Positions 31,853 to 43,254 of a stretch of 64,000 nt of DNA are shown here, piece after piece; within the stretch, counting starts at the first letter, position 1; each line of letters starts with the position of its first letter. The position numbers and the translations under genes are program-made. Source of the stretch: Oceanispirochaeta sp. (GTDB lineage: Bacteria > Spirochaetota > Spirochaetia > DSM-2461); NCBI GenBank assembly GCA_963666275.2, contig CAXXOA010000001.1:992001-1056000 (forward strand). Reading direction: 5' to 3'. Under the pieces are notes generated by a model that saw only the letters and a program-made list of their open reading frames with translations, was not told the DNA's origin and ran no database searches.

Positions 31853-34800
31853 ATGTTTTTTAAAATAAGTGCGAAAACTCTCCTTTTTATTCTGACTCTA
31901 ATTATCATAGAAAGCCTCTGCTTTGCAGAGGAGCAGGCCATCTCTCTCAGGCTGCAGTGGAAACATCAGTTTGAATTTGCCGGGTTCTATGCGGCAAAGG
32001 AGAAGGGTTACTACAGCGATGCCGGCATGGATGTTGATATTCTCGAATACCATAACGGTGTGAATATTATTTCGGAAGTCACATCGGGGGATGTGGATTT
32101 CGGCATCTGGGGCAGCGGCATTATAGAACTGGGCATGGAGGGAGAGCCTCTTGTCCTGCTGGCAAACTATTTCAAGCGCTCCCCCCTGGCTCTGGTGACG
32201 CAGCCCGATATTCGGCTTCCATCCGAGCTGGCAGGTAAAACAGTGATGATCTCCGATGTGGATTTCAAGAATGCCAATTATACGCAGATGTTCAGGACTT
32301 TCAAAATTGACATGGACAGTATCAATACGGTTCCTCTCACTTTTACAATGGACGATTTCTTTTCCGGGAAAGTGGATGCTGTTTCCATTTTTCTTACCAA
32401 TGAGCCCTTCCTGCTGCAGAAAGAAGGAGTTCCCTACAATATCATCGATCCCAACAACTACGGCCTGGAACTTTATGATGTGAATCTGTTCACTTCCCGG
32501 AAGCTCATGGAAACCGATCCTTCCCTGGTGGAGGCTTTTATTGATGCCAGTAACCGGGGATGGGAATATGCCCTGGAGAATCCCGAGGAAATCGTCGATC
32601 TCATCCTGAATAAATATAATACACAGAATAAAAGCCGGGAACATCTTCTCTTTGAAGCCCGGCAGACCCTTCGTATGGTGCAGCCCAGAGCCCATCCCCT
32701 GGGAAGCCTCGACCTGGATCATATAAAAAGGATCGCCAATCTTTTTACCGAGGTGGGACTCTCCGAACCGGACGGTTCCTACTCCTTTGTTTACTCTGAA
32801 GGGCTGCCTGAAATCGGTCTGACTGCGCAGGAGAAGGAGTTTGTCAAATCTCACGGGAATGTCTCTATTGCCATGATGCCGGATTTTACACCCTTCAGTT
32901 TTGCCGAGGGTAGCGATGTTATCGGTTTTGAGCATGATCTTCTGGCTCTGCTGAGGGGGCGGACAGGGCTGGATTTTATTCCCCGCTACGGCATCTGGAG
33001 TGAAGGTTTGAATGCCTTCCAACGCCGGGAAGTCGATATGATTGCCAGTATTTCCTATAAGGAAGAACGGCTTCCCTTTACTCTTTTTACCGATCCCTAC
33101 TATGAGATCCCCATTATGATCTACGTGAGGGATGATTTCGGGGACTACAGGAGTCTGCAAAGTCTTGCAGGGTAGAAAGTGGGGGTCCTGAGGGATGTCT
33201 TTTATATCAAGGAGCTGCAGGACCTGGGTACCATGGACCTTGTGGTTTATGAAACATACGATGATTTGACAAAGGCTCTTGTGTACGGCCAGATAGATGC
33301 CCTGATGCAGAACCTGACAAATATCGATGCCCTTATCAAACAGAATGCCTACACCAATCTGCGCCTGGCGGGAGAGCTCCAGCTTCCCACTGTCTCCAGG
33401 GAGGATCTCCGCTTCGGGATCCGTTCCGACGAGCCTCTGCTTCATTCTATTGTCCAGAAAGGTCTGGAGGATATCACACAGGACGAGAAAAGATCTCTGA
33501 CTCAGAAATGGCTGGGAGCCAGAACTGTAGGGGAAGAGAAAAAAGTCGTTTTCACCCGGGAGGAACGGGAATATCTTGAGCAGAAAGGCCCTATCAGAAT
33601 GGCTGTGGACCCTGCCTGGATGCCCCTGGAAGGGATTAATGACAAATCCGAGCATGAGGGCATTGCCGCCGATGTCTTGCAGGAACTCATGAAAAACAGC
33701 GGACTCAACCTGGAACTGGTTCCCACTCAGAGCTGGGAGGAGAGTGTCAATGCGGCAAAGATGCGGCAGATAGATATTTTTTCTCTGGCTATGAGAACAC
33801 CGGAGCGGGAGGAATATATGGATTTCACCACTCCCTATCTCTCCTATCCTTTTGTTATCGCCACACTCAGCAGCAGACTCTTTATTGATGATGTCAAAAC
33901 CCTGTCGGGAGAAAAACTGGCTATGCTGAAGGGCTATGCGGCGGCGGAACTTTTCAGAATAGCCTATCCGGAAATCGAGATCGTAGAAGTGGACACCCTG
34001 ATGGAGGGGATTCAAATGGTCCGTTCCGAAGAGGTTTTCGGTTATGTCGATTCCCTTCCCACACTGACCTCGGCGATTCAGAGAGAGGGGATGACGGATA
34101 TCCGTGTTTCCGGGAAGTTTGATGAAGAGTGGGAGTTGAGCATTGCTGTCAGGAATGATGAGCCTCAGCTGCTGGGGATTATGCAGAAAGCCCTGGACAG
34201 TGTGGATCCCGAAACCATCCGGACAATCAACAACAGATGGCTGGCGGTCCGTTACGATTCACGGGTGGATTATTCTCTCCTTTACAAAGTTATTATAGGT
34301 TTTGTTCTGGTCGCTCTGGTGGGATACTGGCGGCACAGGGAGCTCTATCGGGTTAAGAAAACCATTGAAGAGAAAAATCATCAGCTTCAGGAAGCCTATG
34401 AGAAATATTCCTGGCTGGCTGAGAATATGGATGATGTTGTCTGGGTTATGGGAGTTGACGGGGAACTTATCTATATAAGCCCCTCTGTAGAGAGGATGCG
34501 GGGGTACACTCCCGATGAGGTGATGACCCAGAGTTTTGAAGAGCTTTTCTGTGAAAAATCCCTTCCAAAAGTCAGAGAGGAAATGGAATCGGCCCTGGAG
34601 ACTGTCAGAAGGGGAGAGGTCCCTTCCCTGTCGAGCATACGGGTGGAGCAGCCCTGCCGGGACGGATCCACAGTCTGGACCGAGGTCAATGCCCGTCTGA
34701 TTGTGGACAGGGAAAAGGATCAGATGCGGTTTATCGGGCTGACTCGGAACATCACCGATACTCTCGCCTACGAGGAGGAACTGGAGGAGCTGGCTCTCAC

Positions 34801-35272
34801 CGACAGACTGACTGGTTTATACAACCGGCATAAACTGGATGAAATACTGGAGGAACAGCTGGATCTGGCCAACCGCTATCAGGTTCCCTTTGCCGTCATG
34901 ATCATGGATATTGATCATTTCAAACAGGTCAATGATACCTACGGGCATAATATCGGAGACTCCACTCTCATCGATTTTGCCCTGATCCTGGCATCTGCCA
35001 CAAGGCAGAGCGACATGGTCGGCCGCTGGGGGGGAGAAGAGTTTATGGTGATTATTCCCCAGGCTGAAAAAAATCTGGCCCGGGAGATGGCCGAAAGGCT
35101 GAGGAAAACAATTGAGAGCCATGAGTTTGATACTGTAAAAAAGGTGACAGCCAGTTTCGGTATGGCATTGCACAGGCCCGGTGAAAATATAAGTTCCCTT
35201 ATCTCCCGTTCCGATGCGGCTCTGTATGATTCCAAAAAGAACGGCCGGAACAGGGTCACCTTTTCCTCCTGA
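31853..35272 (+). pseudogene. Sensor diguanylate cyclase (NMT1/THI5-like + two SBP + PAS + GGDEF) interrupted by one in-frame TAG at 33173-33175
   Basis: ORFs 31853-33175 and 33179-35272 share a frame (SLAG*KVGVL); LQWKHQFEFAGFYAA N-terminus, GRWGGEEF C-terminus. Confidence 0.8.
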
Positions 35273-35342
35273 AAAATTTCAAGGTACTTTCACACCCTCT
35301 TTCAGCTGTACAGCTACCGGAAAGAGCTGTAAAGTAAACTCT

Positions 35343-35882
35343 ATGAAACAGGGCATTCTCGTAAAAGCCATCCCCCGGGAGAACCGGCATGACATCCATA
35401 TCCCCAATGAACCTTTTGAGCTCTCAGGCCGGCTCAGCCCTTCGTACATTAATGGAAAATGGGACTATGAGGCAGAGTATTTCGAGTCTGATAGGACAGG
35501 CAGCATGTGTTTTCCCGATGAAAACTACGACTACGATGAACTCAAGCGGAACAGTGTGATCCTGGGCGCTTATATGGGGGATATATGCGTTGGAATGGCT
35601 ATTCTGCAGCACCGCTGGAACAGGTATATCTACCTGAGTGATCTGAAAGTCAGGGCGGCGTACAGGGGGCGGGGGATTGCCTCGCACCTCATAGAGGCCT
35701 GCCGAAACACAAGCCGGGAGACGGGATACAGGGGGATCCATACCATTGCCCAGGACAACAACCTGGGGGCCTGTCTTTTCTACCTGAACCGCGGTTTTGT
35801 CCTGGGCGGGCTGGATACGGAAGTGTATCGGGGAACCCGTCAGGAAGGGAAAATCAATCTTCTGTTCTATACAGACAATTAA
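35343..35882 (+). CDS. GNAT acetyltransferase, streptothricin acetyltransferase-like
   Basis: YLSDLKV...YRGRGIA, AQDNNLGACLFY..RGF.LGGLD. Confidence 0.8.
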   Translation: MKQGILVKAIPRENRHDIHIPNEPFELSGRLSPSYINGKWDYEAEYFESDRTGSMCFPDENYDYDELKRNSVILGAYMGDICVGMAILQHRWNRYIYLSDLKVRAAYRGRGIASHLIEACRNTSRETGYRGIHTIAQDNNLGACLFYLNRGFVLGGLDTEVYRGTRQEGKINLLFYTDN

Positions 35883-35937
35883 AACCCGGGGTACTGGCTG
35901 GCTCTCCATAAACTGGTATCTCCGACTCGGAAATTGT

Positions 35938-37542
35938 CTATAGCATTGCCGAATTCAGTTTCTGACTCTGTTCCAGCAGATCCTTGCAGAGCTTCTCCAT
36001 GGTTTCAGAGGCCTCTTTCAGTTCCCGGGTTTCTTCGGCGGAAGAACGGGAAATGGATGCTGTATTTTCCGAAATCCTCCGGATATCCTGCAGATCCGAA
36101 TTCACCTTTTTAGCGGCTTCCGCCACGCTGTTGACCTGTTCCATCACTTCCTGGGTTATGTGATTCAGATTTCCAACGGAAACCAGGATTTCCCGGCTTC
36201 CCGAATTCAGTTCTTCTGTACTGTGGGAGATCTCCGACATGGATAATTCCACAGTATCAATGCCCTTGGCTATATTCTGAAATGCTGTTCCTGAGGCATC
36301 CACGTGTTTTCCTGTCTGTTCTATGGCCTGGATCATTTCCCTGATTGTTTCTTCAATGCGTTTGGCATTCTGGGAGCTTGATTCGGCCAGTTTTCGGATT
36401 TCAGCCGATACAATGGCAAATCCCCGGCCCGCAGAACCCGCATGGGCGGCTTCGATGGCCGCGTTCATGGCAAGCAGGTTTGTCTGATCGGCAATGCCGG
36501 AGATCATAACGGTTATATTGCTGATCTCATCCAGCAGGGCGCTGGCCCTGTCAAAGGCTCCCCGGGTCCGGGTCATTGTCTTTTCCCCCTGATCGGCCTC
36601 GTTCTTCAGATTTTCCACCGAGGCCGACTTGCTCTGAATGATGGATGAGACATTGTTGATCGAGGCCGCCATTTCTTCAATGGAAGCGCTGGACTGGGTT
36701 ACCTGGGAGGACTGGTCCTGGGAGATCATCCTGAGTTTTTCAATGGATTTGTCCACACTCTGCAGCACCTCACCTGAATTCTCCAGGCGCTGATTCAGCT
36801 GTTCCGTATCTTTTTTCAGACGATCCGTATGATCCTGGATCATATCGCTGACCTTGAGGGTCCGGTTGGCATCGGTCTGGAGCTGCGAGGCTTTGCTGAG
36901 CTGCCGGGCCGATTCGCTTATGAGATTTTTATTCTTCCGGGAAAACTCCTCCAGCTGTTCCATCTTCTCTTTCATATTATCCAGGACGATGTTAACGGTT
37001 CGGCGGATCATCAGGATGCTGAGGCAGACCGAGAGGACGGCCACCATGGTAAAAAGGATCTGTTCGGGAACTGAAATCCCTCCTTCCGCATCCCAGCCCC
37101 ACCGGAACTGGAGCATCAGAATCATACCCAGGTAGCTGGCTATGTATATTCCCGCCTGAATCAGAAGAAAGAGCATTCTGTCGATGAAAACGGAACTGAA
37201 TATAATGAATGCGCCCACAATGGTTGTCAGAACGGGGAGGGTGGCATCGCCGCAATTCCCCCGGGAGAACCGGAGCAGAATAAAACCGATTGTCAGAAGA
37301 AAAAAGAAAGCGGTGCTTACCTGCTGGTAATAGCCTTTCCTCACAAGGACCCAGGAGCTGAATATAATGGCTATCAGCACAAAGTGGGAGATGTATCTTG
37401 AGAGTTCCACCCCTGTAAGGACATCGCTCACAATGATAAGCATGGAGAGTCCCAGAATGGCTAAAAGCACGATAGAGAACATGGAGGCTTTCAGACGAAC
37501 TTCAAAATTTTTCTCTTTGTAAATGTTTCTAACACTTTCCAT
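35938..37542 (-). CDS. Methyl-accepting chemotaxis protein
   Basis: [35 protein letters not shown]; multi-TM N-terminus. Confidence 0.95.
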   Translation of the reverse strand: MESVRNIYKEKNFEVRLKASMFSIVLLAILGLSMLIIVSDVLTGVELSRYISHFVLIAIIFSSWVLVRKGYYQQVSTAFFFLLTIGFILLRFSRGNCGDATLPVLTTIVGAFIIFSSVFIDRMLFLLIQAGIYIASYLGMILMLQFRWGWDAEGGISVPEQILFTMVAVLSVCLSILMIRRTVNIVLDNMKEKMEQLEEFSRKNKNLISESARQLSKASQLQTDANRTLKVSDMIQDHTDRLKKDTEQLNQRLENSGEVLQSVDKSIEKLRMISQDQSSQVTQSSASIEEMAASINNVSSIIQSKSASVENLKNEADQGEKTMTRTRGAFDRASALLDEISNITVMISGIADQTNLLAMNAAIEAAHAGSAGRGFAIVSAEIRKLAESSSQNAKRIEETIREMIQAIEQTGKHVDASGTAFQNIAKGIDTVELSMSEISHSTEELNSGSREILVSVGNLNHITQEVMEQVNSVAEAAKKVNSDLQDIRRISENTASISRSSAEETRELKEASETMEKLCKDLLEQSQKLNSAML

Positions 37543-37555
37543 AATCTTTCCTTTA

Positions 37556-38344
37556 TTAAGAAACAAAAATTGAAATAGCGCTTAATAGGATGACTGCTGC
37601 CATTAGAGGTATCTGAACAATGGATTTCTGGAAGGATGCAACAAAAGAGGTAAAACCCGGGGTTTTAAGGCCATCTTCCACTTTCTGTTTGTAGGCTATC
37701 TGGAGTACTCCCCCCGAGGTCAGGCTGGTGGCTCTTGCGAGCACCCAGATTCCGGGGTTGAGAAAGGCCAGGCTGATCAGCGCCGGGGTGGCAAGAATCG
37801 CCAGATGATAGAGGCTGACCGAGGGAGAAAATTCCCCGGTCACAAAGTTCCAGTTCCAGAGCGTATAGGCAATGGCCCAGAGGAGGATTCCCCTGGACTG
37901 AATCATATAATAACCGATATGAACCAGCCCCCATTGCTCTCCTTCCAGAACCGTCGTCCACTGGGAGTTGAAAAGCAGATGGGTGGAAGCCAGCATGGCG
38001 ATCCCGGCAATACCGTTCCAGTAACGTTTCTTTTTGAAATCCGAAACGGTAGCTTCGGAGATATTTATGTACATGAGAATAGCAAGGATAATGATCAGGG
38101 CCCGGGGAGGAAGCAGGGTGAATGCTGTGAGAGCTGTCAGGGCCCTTCCTATAATCAGAGTTGAGAGTTTTATCTTTTCAAAGGAAACCATTTTCGTGGT
38201 GATCAGAAGATAAACGGGCAGAAGGATATTCAGGGGGATATTTCCCCAGATCGGGAAATAGACAGAAAGTACTGTTGCGGCTGCGATGGCAGATAACGAC
38301 ATAAGGAAGAAAGGAATTACTGTACCTGAGGATGTCCTGTTCAC
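37556..38344 (-). CDS. Integral membrane protein of unknown function
   Basis: 262 aa hydrophobic [22 protein letters not shown] segment. Confidence 0.7.
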   Translation of the reverse strand: MNRTSSGTVIPFFLMSLSAIAAATVLSVYFPIWGNIPLNILLPVYLLITTKMVSFEKIKLSTLIIGRALTALTAFTLLPPRALIIILAILMYINISEATVSDFKKKRYWNGIAGIAMLASTHLLFNSQWTTVLEGEQWGLVHIGYYMIQSRGILLWAIAYTLWNWNFVTGEFSPSVSLYHLAILATPALISLAFLNPGIWVLARATSLTSGGVLQIAYKQKVEDGLKTPGFTSFVASFQKSIVQIPLMAAVILLSAISIFVS

Positions 38345-38597
38345 TGTATTTCTCCAATGGATTTTTAATTCTTTTTATTAGAGTATCAAATATTATTCCT
38401 CTGGCAAAGATACCGCCAAAAATAAATACACTTTTAAGTTATACATTTCTTCTGCGAAGAGCGGTTCAATCAGATCATTATGTTTGTTTTCAAATAATAA
38501 TCTGAATTTCTCCCCGGGTGGGGATGCCTGTCTCTTGTTTCGCACAGCTCCTTCAGGGTAAGTTGCTTCTCATTGCCATAATATTTCAGGAGCGATT

Positions 38598-40037
38598 TTG
38601 AATATCTCCCCATACGCAGCCCTTAAAGACTATTTCGGATACGAGGATTTCCTGGGTCGCCAGGAAGAAATCATCACCCGGACTCTGGCGGATCCTGACA
38701 ACCACAGCCTGGTGCTGATGCCCACCGGCGGAGGTAAGTCCCTGTGCTACCAGATCCCCGCCCTCTGCCTTAAAGGCAGGACCCTGGTCATCAGTCCTCT
38801 TATCTCCCTGATGAAAGACCAGGTGGACAGCCTGAAGACCCGGGGGATCAAAGCGGGCTTTATCAACTCCACCTTAAGCCGGGACGAGCGGGAGAAGCGT
38901 CTGGAATCCTTTCTCTACGGGGAGTTGAAAATCCTCTATCTGACTCCGGAGCGGCTGAAACAGCCGGATTTTATGGACAGGATAAAACGGGCGGATATTG
39001 ATCTTCTGGCGGTGGATGAAGCTCACTGTATTTCTGCCTGGGGCCATGACTTCCGCCCCGATTACAGCCTGTTAGGTCTCTACAGGGAGCAGCTGGGAAG
39101 CCCCCGGACTCTAGCCCTTACCGCCAGCGCCACGAAAGAGGTGCAGGAGGATATCATCCGCGCTCTTCATCTGGATAAGGAGAACTGTGAAATCTTCCAC
39201 CAGGGCATCCGCAGGCCCAACCTCCATATCCAAGCGGAAGAGGTGATCGATGATGATGCCAGACTGGAGAACATCCTGACCCTTGCGGCTTCCAACCCCG
39301 GCAGCGGGATCGTCTACTTCTCCCTGATCAAAACCCTGGAAGCTTTCTCGTCCATCCTGGACCAGAAGGGGATCAGCCATCTGATGTACCACGGCAAGCT
39401 GGAGCATGGTGAGCGCAAAAGGGTGCAGAACCGCTTTATGGAAGGGCATGAACTGATTCTGGCTACCAACGCCTTCGGCATGGGTATAGACAAGAAGGAT
39501 ATCCGTCTCATTATCCATGCTGAGATGCCCGGCAGCGTAGAGTCCTACTACCAGGAGATCGGCCGTGCCGGACGGGATGGGAAAAAATCCCTCTGTTCCT
39601 TGATTTACAACCAGGAAGATCTGATGATCCATATGGATTTTATCAACTGGTCCAACCCCGAGCCCGCTTTCTATCACAAGCTCTACCTCCTTCTGGAAAA
39701 GGAGATGGATAAGCTCAACAGTTTAGGTCTGGATTACCTGAAGGAACAGCTGGTTTATAAAAACCGCTTTGATTTCCGGCTGGAAACAGCCCTTTCTGTG
39801 CTGGAGCGCCACGAGGTGATCACCGGAAGCCTGCACCAGAAAAATCTGAAGCTTCTGAGTTCCCTGCCTGCCTTTCTGACGGACAGGGACAGCCATGAGA
39901 AGCAGATCTCCCACGCCCGGATGAAGCTCCTGGGAATGGTCAATTTTTTCCGCAGCGAGGATTGCCGTTTTGCCTTTCTGGATGATTACTTTTCTCTTCC
40001 CCGGGGCGGGGACTGCGGAAATTGCGACAGGTGCTGA
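38598..40037 (+). CDS. recQ: RecQ family ATP-dependent DNA helicase (short form, no HRDC domain seen)
   Basis: MPTGGGKSLCYQ, DEAHCISAWGHDFRP, ATNAFGMGIDK, YYQEIGRAGRDG, CGNCDRC. Confidence 0.93.
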   Translation: MNISPYAALKDYFGYEDFLGRQEEIITRTLADPDNHSLVLMPTGGGKSLCYQIPALCLKGRTLVISPLISLMKDQVDSLKTRGIKAGFINSTLSRDEREKRLESFLYGELKILYLTPERLKQPDFMDRIKRADIDLLAVDEAHCISAWGHDFRPDYSLLGLYREQLGSPRTLALTASATKEVQEDIIRALHLDKENCEIFHQGIRRPNLHIQAEEVIDDDARLENILTLAASNPGSGIVYFSLIKTLEAFSSILDQKGISHLMYHGKLEHGERKRVQNRFMEGHELILATNAFGMGIDKKDIRLIIHAEMPGSVESYYQEIGRAGRDGKKSLCSLIYNQEDLMIHMDFINWSNPEPAFYHKLYLLLEKEMDKLNSLGLDYLKEQLVYKNRFDFRLETALSVLERHEVITGSLHQKNLKLLSSLPAFLTDRDSHEKQISHARMKLLGMVNFFRSEDCRFAFLDDYFSLPRGGDCGNCDRC

Positions 40038-40054
40038 CAGGATGGGAAAAAAAA

Positions 40055-40128
40055 AGCCTTCTGTCAGATTCGAACTGACGACCCCGAGATTACAAGTCAC
40101 GTGCTCTGGCCAGCTGAGCTAAGAAGGC
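40055..40128 (-). tRNA. tRNA-Thr(TGT)
   Basis: GCCTTCT TAGCTCAGCTGGCCAGAGC ... loop CTTGTAA ... GTTCGAATC ... AGAAGGC; no encoded CCA. Confidence 0.93.
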
Positions 40129-40138
40129 ATTTTAAAGA

Positions 40139-40219
40139 TGGGGAGAGAAGGATTTGAACCTACGAAGCCGAAGCAACAGATTTACAGTCTGCCCCCTTTG
40201 ACCACTCGGGAACCTCCCC
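40139..40219 (-). tRNA. tRNA-Tyr(GTA)
   Basis: GGGGAGG TTCCCGAGTGGTCAAAGGG GCAGA CTGTAAA TCTGT, long variable arm, GGTTCAAATCC. Confidence 0.93.
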
Positions 40220-40272
40220 GTCATATTCAACTGTCATGCTGGTCTGAAGCACTGCTTCAGTCAGCGATTGAG

Positions 40273-40301
40273 ACTTTAAAGAATACTGGAGAAAATGTCA
40301 A
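40273..40301 (-). promoter_or_regulatory. Sigma70-type promoter of the tRNA-Tyr/Thr pair
   Basis: Minus strand TTGACA (40301-40296), 17 bp spacer, TAAAGT (40278-40273). Confidence 0.7.
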
Positions 40302-40512
40302 TAAATGGCTGGAAGAACAGGGATTGGGCAATATCGAATATCTCTGGTGTTAAGCTCAGGGGTATATTTTATCAAATCAGGATTTTGTTTGCTCCATGGA
40401 GTGAACCGCCTCCGGTCACAGCTTCGCTGTTGCTCGTTTATACTTCCGACCCGTGGAGACCCGCATACTCATTTGGTGTGGGGGGGAGGGTAAAAGCCTC
40501 GGGCTACCCGAT
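40295..40512 (+). mobile_element. Degenerate 3' remnant of group IIC intron lineage A (RT C-terminus + DV-DVI)
   Basis: NKWLEEQGLGNIEYLWC followed by gtgaaccgcc...ggctacccgat, homologous to 47735-47914; 40-bp insert in DV. Confidence 0.9.
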
Positions 40513-40552
40513 TTCTACAGCTTTTTCATAATTTGCTGAATTACTCCGTATT

Positions 40553-41392
40553 CTATAGGATTCTGGCACTCCCCCCCACTTGCACACTCTCTATATTGCC
40601 TTGATTATTAGTCACTTTTACAAATATTCTTGAAGGGAGATTCAAAGTATATCCTTGTTCAAACTCGAAAGAACGATCGTTATTATCATCGCTATATTTC
40701 GACAAATAACAGGCTAATGCTCCATTTGATGTTCCTGTTGCAGACTCCTCATCTATTCCATATCTTGGTGCAAAGTTTCTTGTATGTGCATCGGCCTCAT
40801 TTATTGATTCAAGGCAAAAAGCATGTATTCCAACAACATCATATTTTTCACTTATCTTAGAAATACAATTGCTATTGGCTTTAAGCTGATTTAATGTCTT
40901 TAAATTTCGTATTGGAAGAATAATATCCCGTAATCCTGTTGATACAATCTGGATTGGCAAATCCGCATAGAAGTCATTATGATCCATGCTAAAGCAATTC
41001 ATTAATTCTTTTCTATCTATAATATCACCGAATTTAGGAATATTTTGTTCCATATAAACAAGTTTATCATATATTTCAAGCTGTAATACTCCAGCTCTAG
41101 TCTCTTGAGTATAACGACCACTTTTGATCACATGAAGATCTCTTAATAAATTAAAAGTTGCGATTGTTGCATGACCGCATAAATCAACTTCAGAAACAGT
41201 AGTGAAAAATTTGACCTTGAAATCAGCATATAAAGATTTCATAATAAACGCTGTCTCAGAAAAGCCAATGTCTTTCGCAATATTTAGCATTTCGTTCTCT
41301 GATAATATATCTGCATCCAAGACCACGCCAGCAGGATTCCCTCCCATATTATTATATTGAAATGCAGATATTTTATAGATTTGTCTATTCAT
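40553..41392 (-). CDS. PhzF family epimerase/isomerase (cassette gene)
   Basis: GGNPAGVV, GFSETAF, EVDLCGHATIA, RNFAP..GIDEESATGTSNG, EQG. Confidence 0.93.
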   Translation of the reverse strand: MNRQIYKISAFQYNNMGGNPAGVVLDADILSENEMLNIAKDIGFSETAFIMKSLYADFKVKFFTTVSEVDLCGHATIATFNLLRDLHVIKSGRYTQETRAGVLQLEIYDKLVYMEQNIPKFGDIIDRKELMNCFSMDHNDFYADLPIQIVSTGLRDIILPIRNLKTLNQLKANSNCISKISEKYDVVGIHAFCLESINEADAHTRNFAPRYGIDEESATGTSNGALACYLSKYSDDNNDRSFEFEQGYTLNLPSRIFVKVTNNQGNIESVQVGGSARIL

Positions 41393-41445
41393 AGATCGGT
41401 CCTTATTATCAAGTGAAGGAAATCTTCAATCATATAACTATCCTT

Positions 41446-42150
41446 CTAGTTTGCATATTCCCTTAACCAACTAGTTATTTCTTTTTCGGAATGTAGGTAG
41501 TGCTCACCATTTTTTACTATTGTAAGAGTTGCACTATATTTATTTATAAAGGAATCTATTATATATCGTTCAGTAAGATTGTCCTTCTCACCGTAAATAA
41601 TATGTGATTCAGTGTACCATCCTGAGATTTTGTTTTCCCTTATATATGTTAAATATTGCCAAGAAAGGGTCTCTCCTATTGGTATTGCGATTTCTTTTTT
41701 GGTTTTAAGATCATTTTCTGAAACATTAAACCATCCCATCATATTTTTTATTAATGCTTCCATATCTAATATTGGGGACTCAAATAGGCTTTTTTTAATT
41801 TTATAGTTTTCAAATGCGACTAAGCTAAAGTATGCCCCGATACTTGAAGCATATATCGATATTTCATTCCATTTATTACTTGCAAAAGTATAAACATTTT
41901 TTAATTCAGGCACACAATTTTGAATTATAAACTCTTTATCATTATCTTTTCGTTCACCATGCTTTGGTAAATCAAAACTTATTACTTGAAATCCTTTATA
42001 ATTACCTTCTTCCGCTAATCTCTCAGCATATTCTTTATGACTATCCTTTCCATGAATATATATGTATACTCTATCTGATTTTTCCCCCCATATTATTGCT
42101 GGGATACCATGAATTATCTGTTTATCTTTTTTCATTCCTAGCCTATTCAT
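41446..42150 (-). CDS. Alpha/beta hydrolase (cassette gene)
   Basis: IYIHG, SFDLPKHG, ASSIGA nucleophile elbow, YGEKD, GEH. Confidence 0.85.
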   Translation of the reverse strand: MNRLGMKKDKQIIHGIPAIIWGEKSDRVYIYIHGKDSHKEYAERLAEEGNYKGFQVISFDLPKHGERKDNDKEFIIQNCVPELKNVYTFASNKWNEISIYASSIGAYFSLVAFENYKIKKSLFESPILDMEALIKNMMGWFNVSENDLKTKKEIAIPIGETLSWQYLTYIRENKISGWYTESHIIYGEKDNLTERYIIDSFINKYSATLTIVKNGEHYLHSEKEITSWLREYAN

Positions 42151-42439
42151 TCTTTTTCTTATTTAACTTTATTTAAGCGCCGAAGGCGTCAGCCTGACGA
42201 GACTGTAGAAACACTCTATTTGAATATTTTTCCCTCTTTTTAAAATAGAATTATTCAGAGAATTATTCATCTCTCCATTTACGAATTTCTATCCATTAAA
42301 CCCGCATATATTCCATTACAATTGAATATATCTCTTAAAACTTCCAATCTCATTGGTTCTTTCGTATTCCTACAGACTATACCGCTGAAATTTCCCGATA
42401 TTATGCACCATGCAATACCGTAACCATTATATTCTGAGT

Positions 42440-42514
42440 ATGCTTCCGACCCGTGCGGACCCGCATGCTCATTTGGTGTGGGGGCTGGAGCTTAAAAGCC
42501 TCGGGCTACCCGAT
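42440..42514 (+). mobile_element. Group IIC intron DV-DVI remnant
   Basis: ccgtgcggacccgcatgc..tggtgtgggggctggagcttaaaagcctcgggctacccgat, followed by TTACGC (attC core remainder). Confidence 0.88.
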
Positions 42515-42532
42515 TTACGCAGATTTTAAATT

Positions 42533-42808
42533 TTATTTATATGCTTCATCATGAGACCCAATGCTTATGGGAATTATAGTATCATCTTGTATCAGGAACT
42601 CAACTGTAATTCGGTATGAAATATTAATTGATATGCTATATAACTCTGATAAATTACCTTTTAATTGATGTAAGCGTAGAGATGGGTGATTGGGGTTTAT
42701 TTCCATTAGCTGCAATGCCTTAGAATACTGTTTTTTTATCTCTGGGTGTTTTTTTAAGAATTTTGCAGCTTTTTTTTCGTAACTATGTGTAAATATAATT
42801 TTAGGCAT
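42533..42808 (-). CDS. RelE/YafQ-like type II toxin
   Basis: HPSLRLHQLKG, YSISINISYRI, SIGSHDEAY; overlaps the antitoxin stop. Confidence 0.88.
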   Translation of the reverse strand: MPKIIFTHSYEKKAAKFLKKHPEIKKQYSKALQLMEINPNHPSLRLHQLKGNLSELYSISINISYRITVEFLIQDDTIIPISIGSHDEAYK

Positions 42809-43058
42809 CAGTTATTCTTTCTATATGGTCTTCTATACTACCGGTATAATATTTTCCTTCTTGTATATCTTTCTTAGCTTCAACCAATGCTGCTTCAAGT
42901 TCACATTCTCTTAAGCGGTTGTATTCATCCATTGAAAGAACAACATATTTACTTTTACCTCGGACAGTTATGACTGCTTCATTCTCCTCTGAGATGACTT
43001 GATCCAGAACAGATACACCTTTAACTTTCAAATCATTGGCTGTTATACTATTAAACAT
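42801..43058 (-). CDS. Phd/YefM family antitoxin
   Basis: ITANDLK...AVITVRGKSKYVVLSMDEY. Confidence 0.9.
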   Translation of the reverse strand: MFNSITANDLKVKGVSVLDQVISEENEAVITVRGKSKYVVLSMDEYNRLRECELEAALVEAKKDIQEGKYYTGSIEDHIERITDA

Positions 43059-43072
43059 ATTGTTACCTCATT

Positions 43073-43105
43073 ATTAATAGTACTATTAATTGTGCTGTCT
43101 ATCAA
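43073..43105 (-). promoter_or_regulatory. TA cassette promoter with palindromic operator
   Basis: TTGATA-17bp-TACTAT on -; perfect 18-bp palindrome attaatagtactattaat (43073-43090) over the -10 box. Confidence 0.8.
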
Positions 43106-43254
43106 TTGTTTAACAGTTATATTTTCATATATGTAAGAAAAGTATTTTAAACAACTTCGAAGCATAATCCTCCATCGGAGATTTGAATTTCCTGATAAAT
43201 TTTCTTTCTCTTTTCCAGTAATATCTTTAACGTAAAAAATAAACATTTAATTCT

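Noticed and set aside
31898..34015. 705-aa minus-strand ORF and other long antisense ORFs in the first 40 kb
   Set aside because: Shadow frames opposite well-supported genes; no recognisable motifs.
40055..40300. tRNA-targeted genomic island or prophage attachment site
   Set aside because: The AT-rich region lies 5' of the tRNAs, no duplicated tRNA 3' end or integrase is seen, and the tube-domain gene is a lone cassette rather than a prophage.
40138..40531. Short ORFs over the tRNAs and the intron remnant
   Set aside because: Antisense to tRNA-Tyr or frames of decayed intron sequence.
41432..41479. Minimal attC overlapping the hydrolase stop
   Set aside because: Only ATAACTA/TAGTTAT pair convincingly; too short and lacking clear L boxes.
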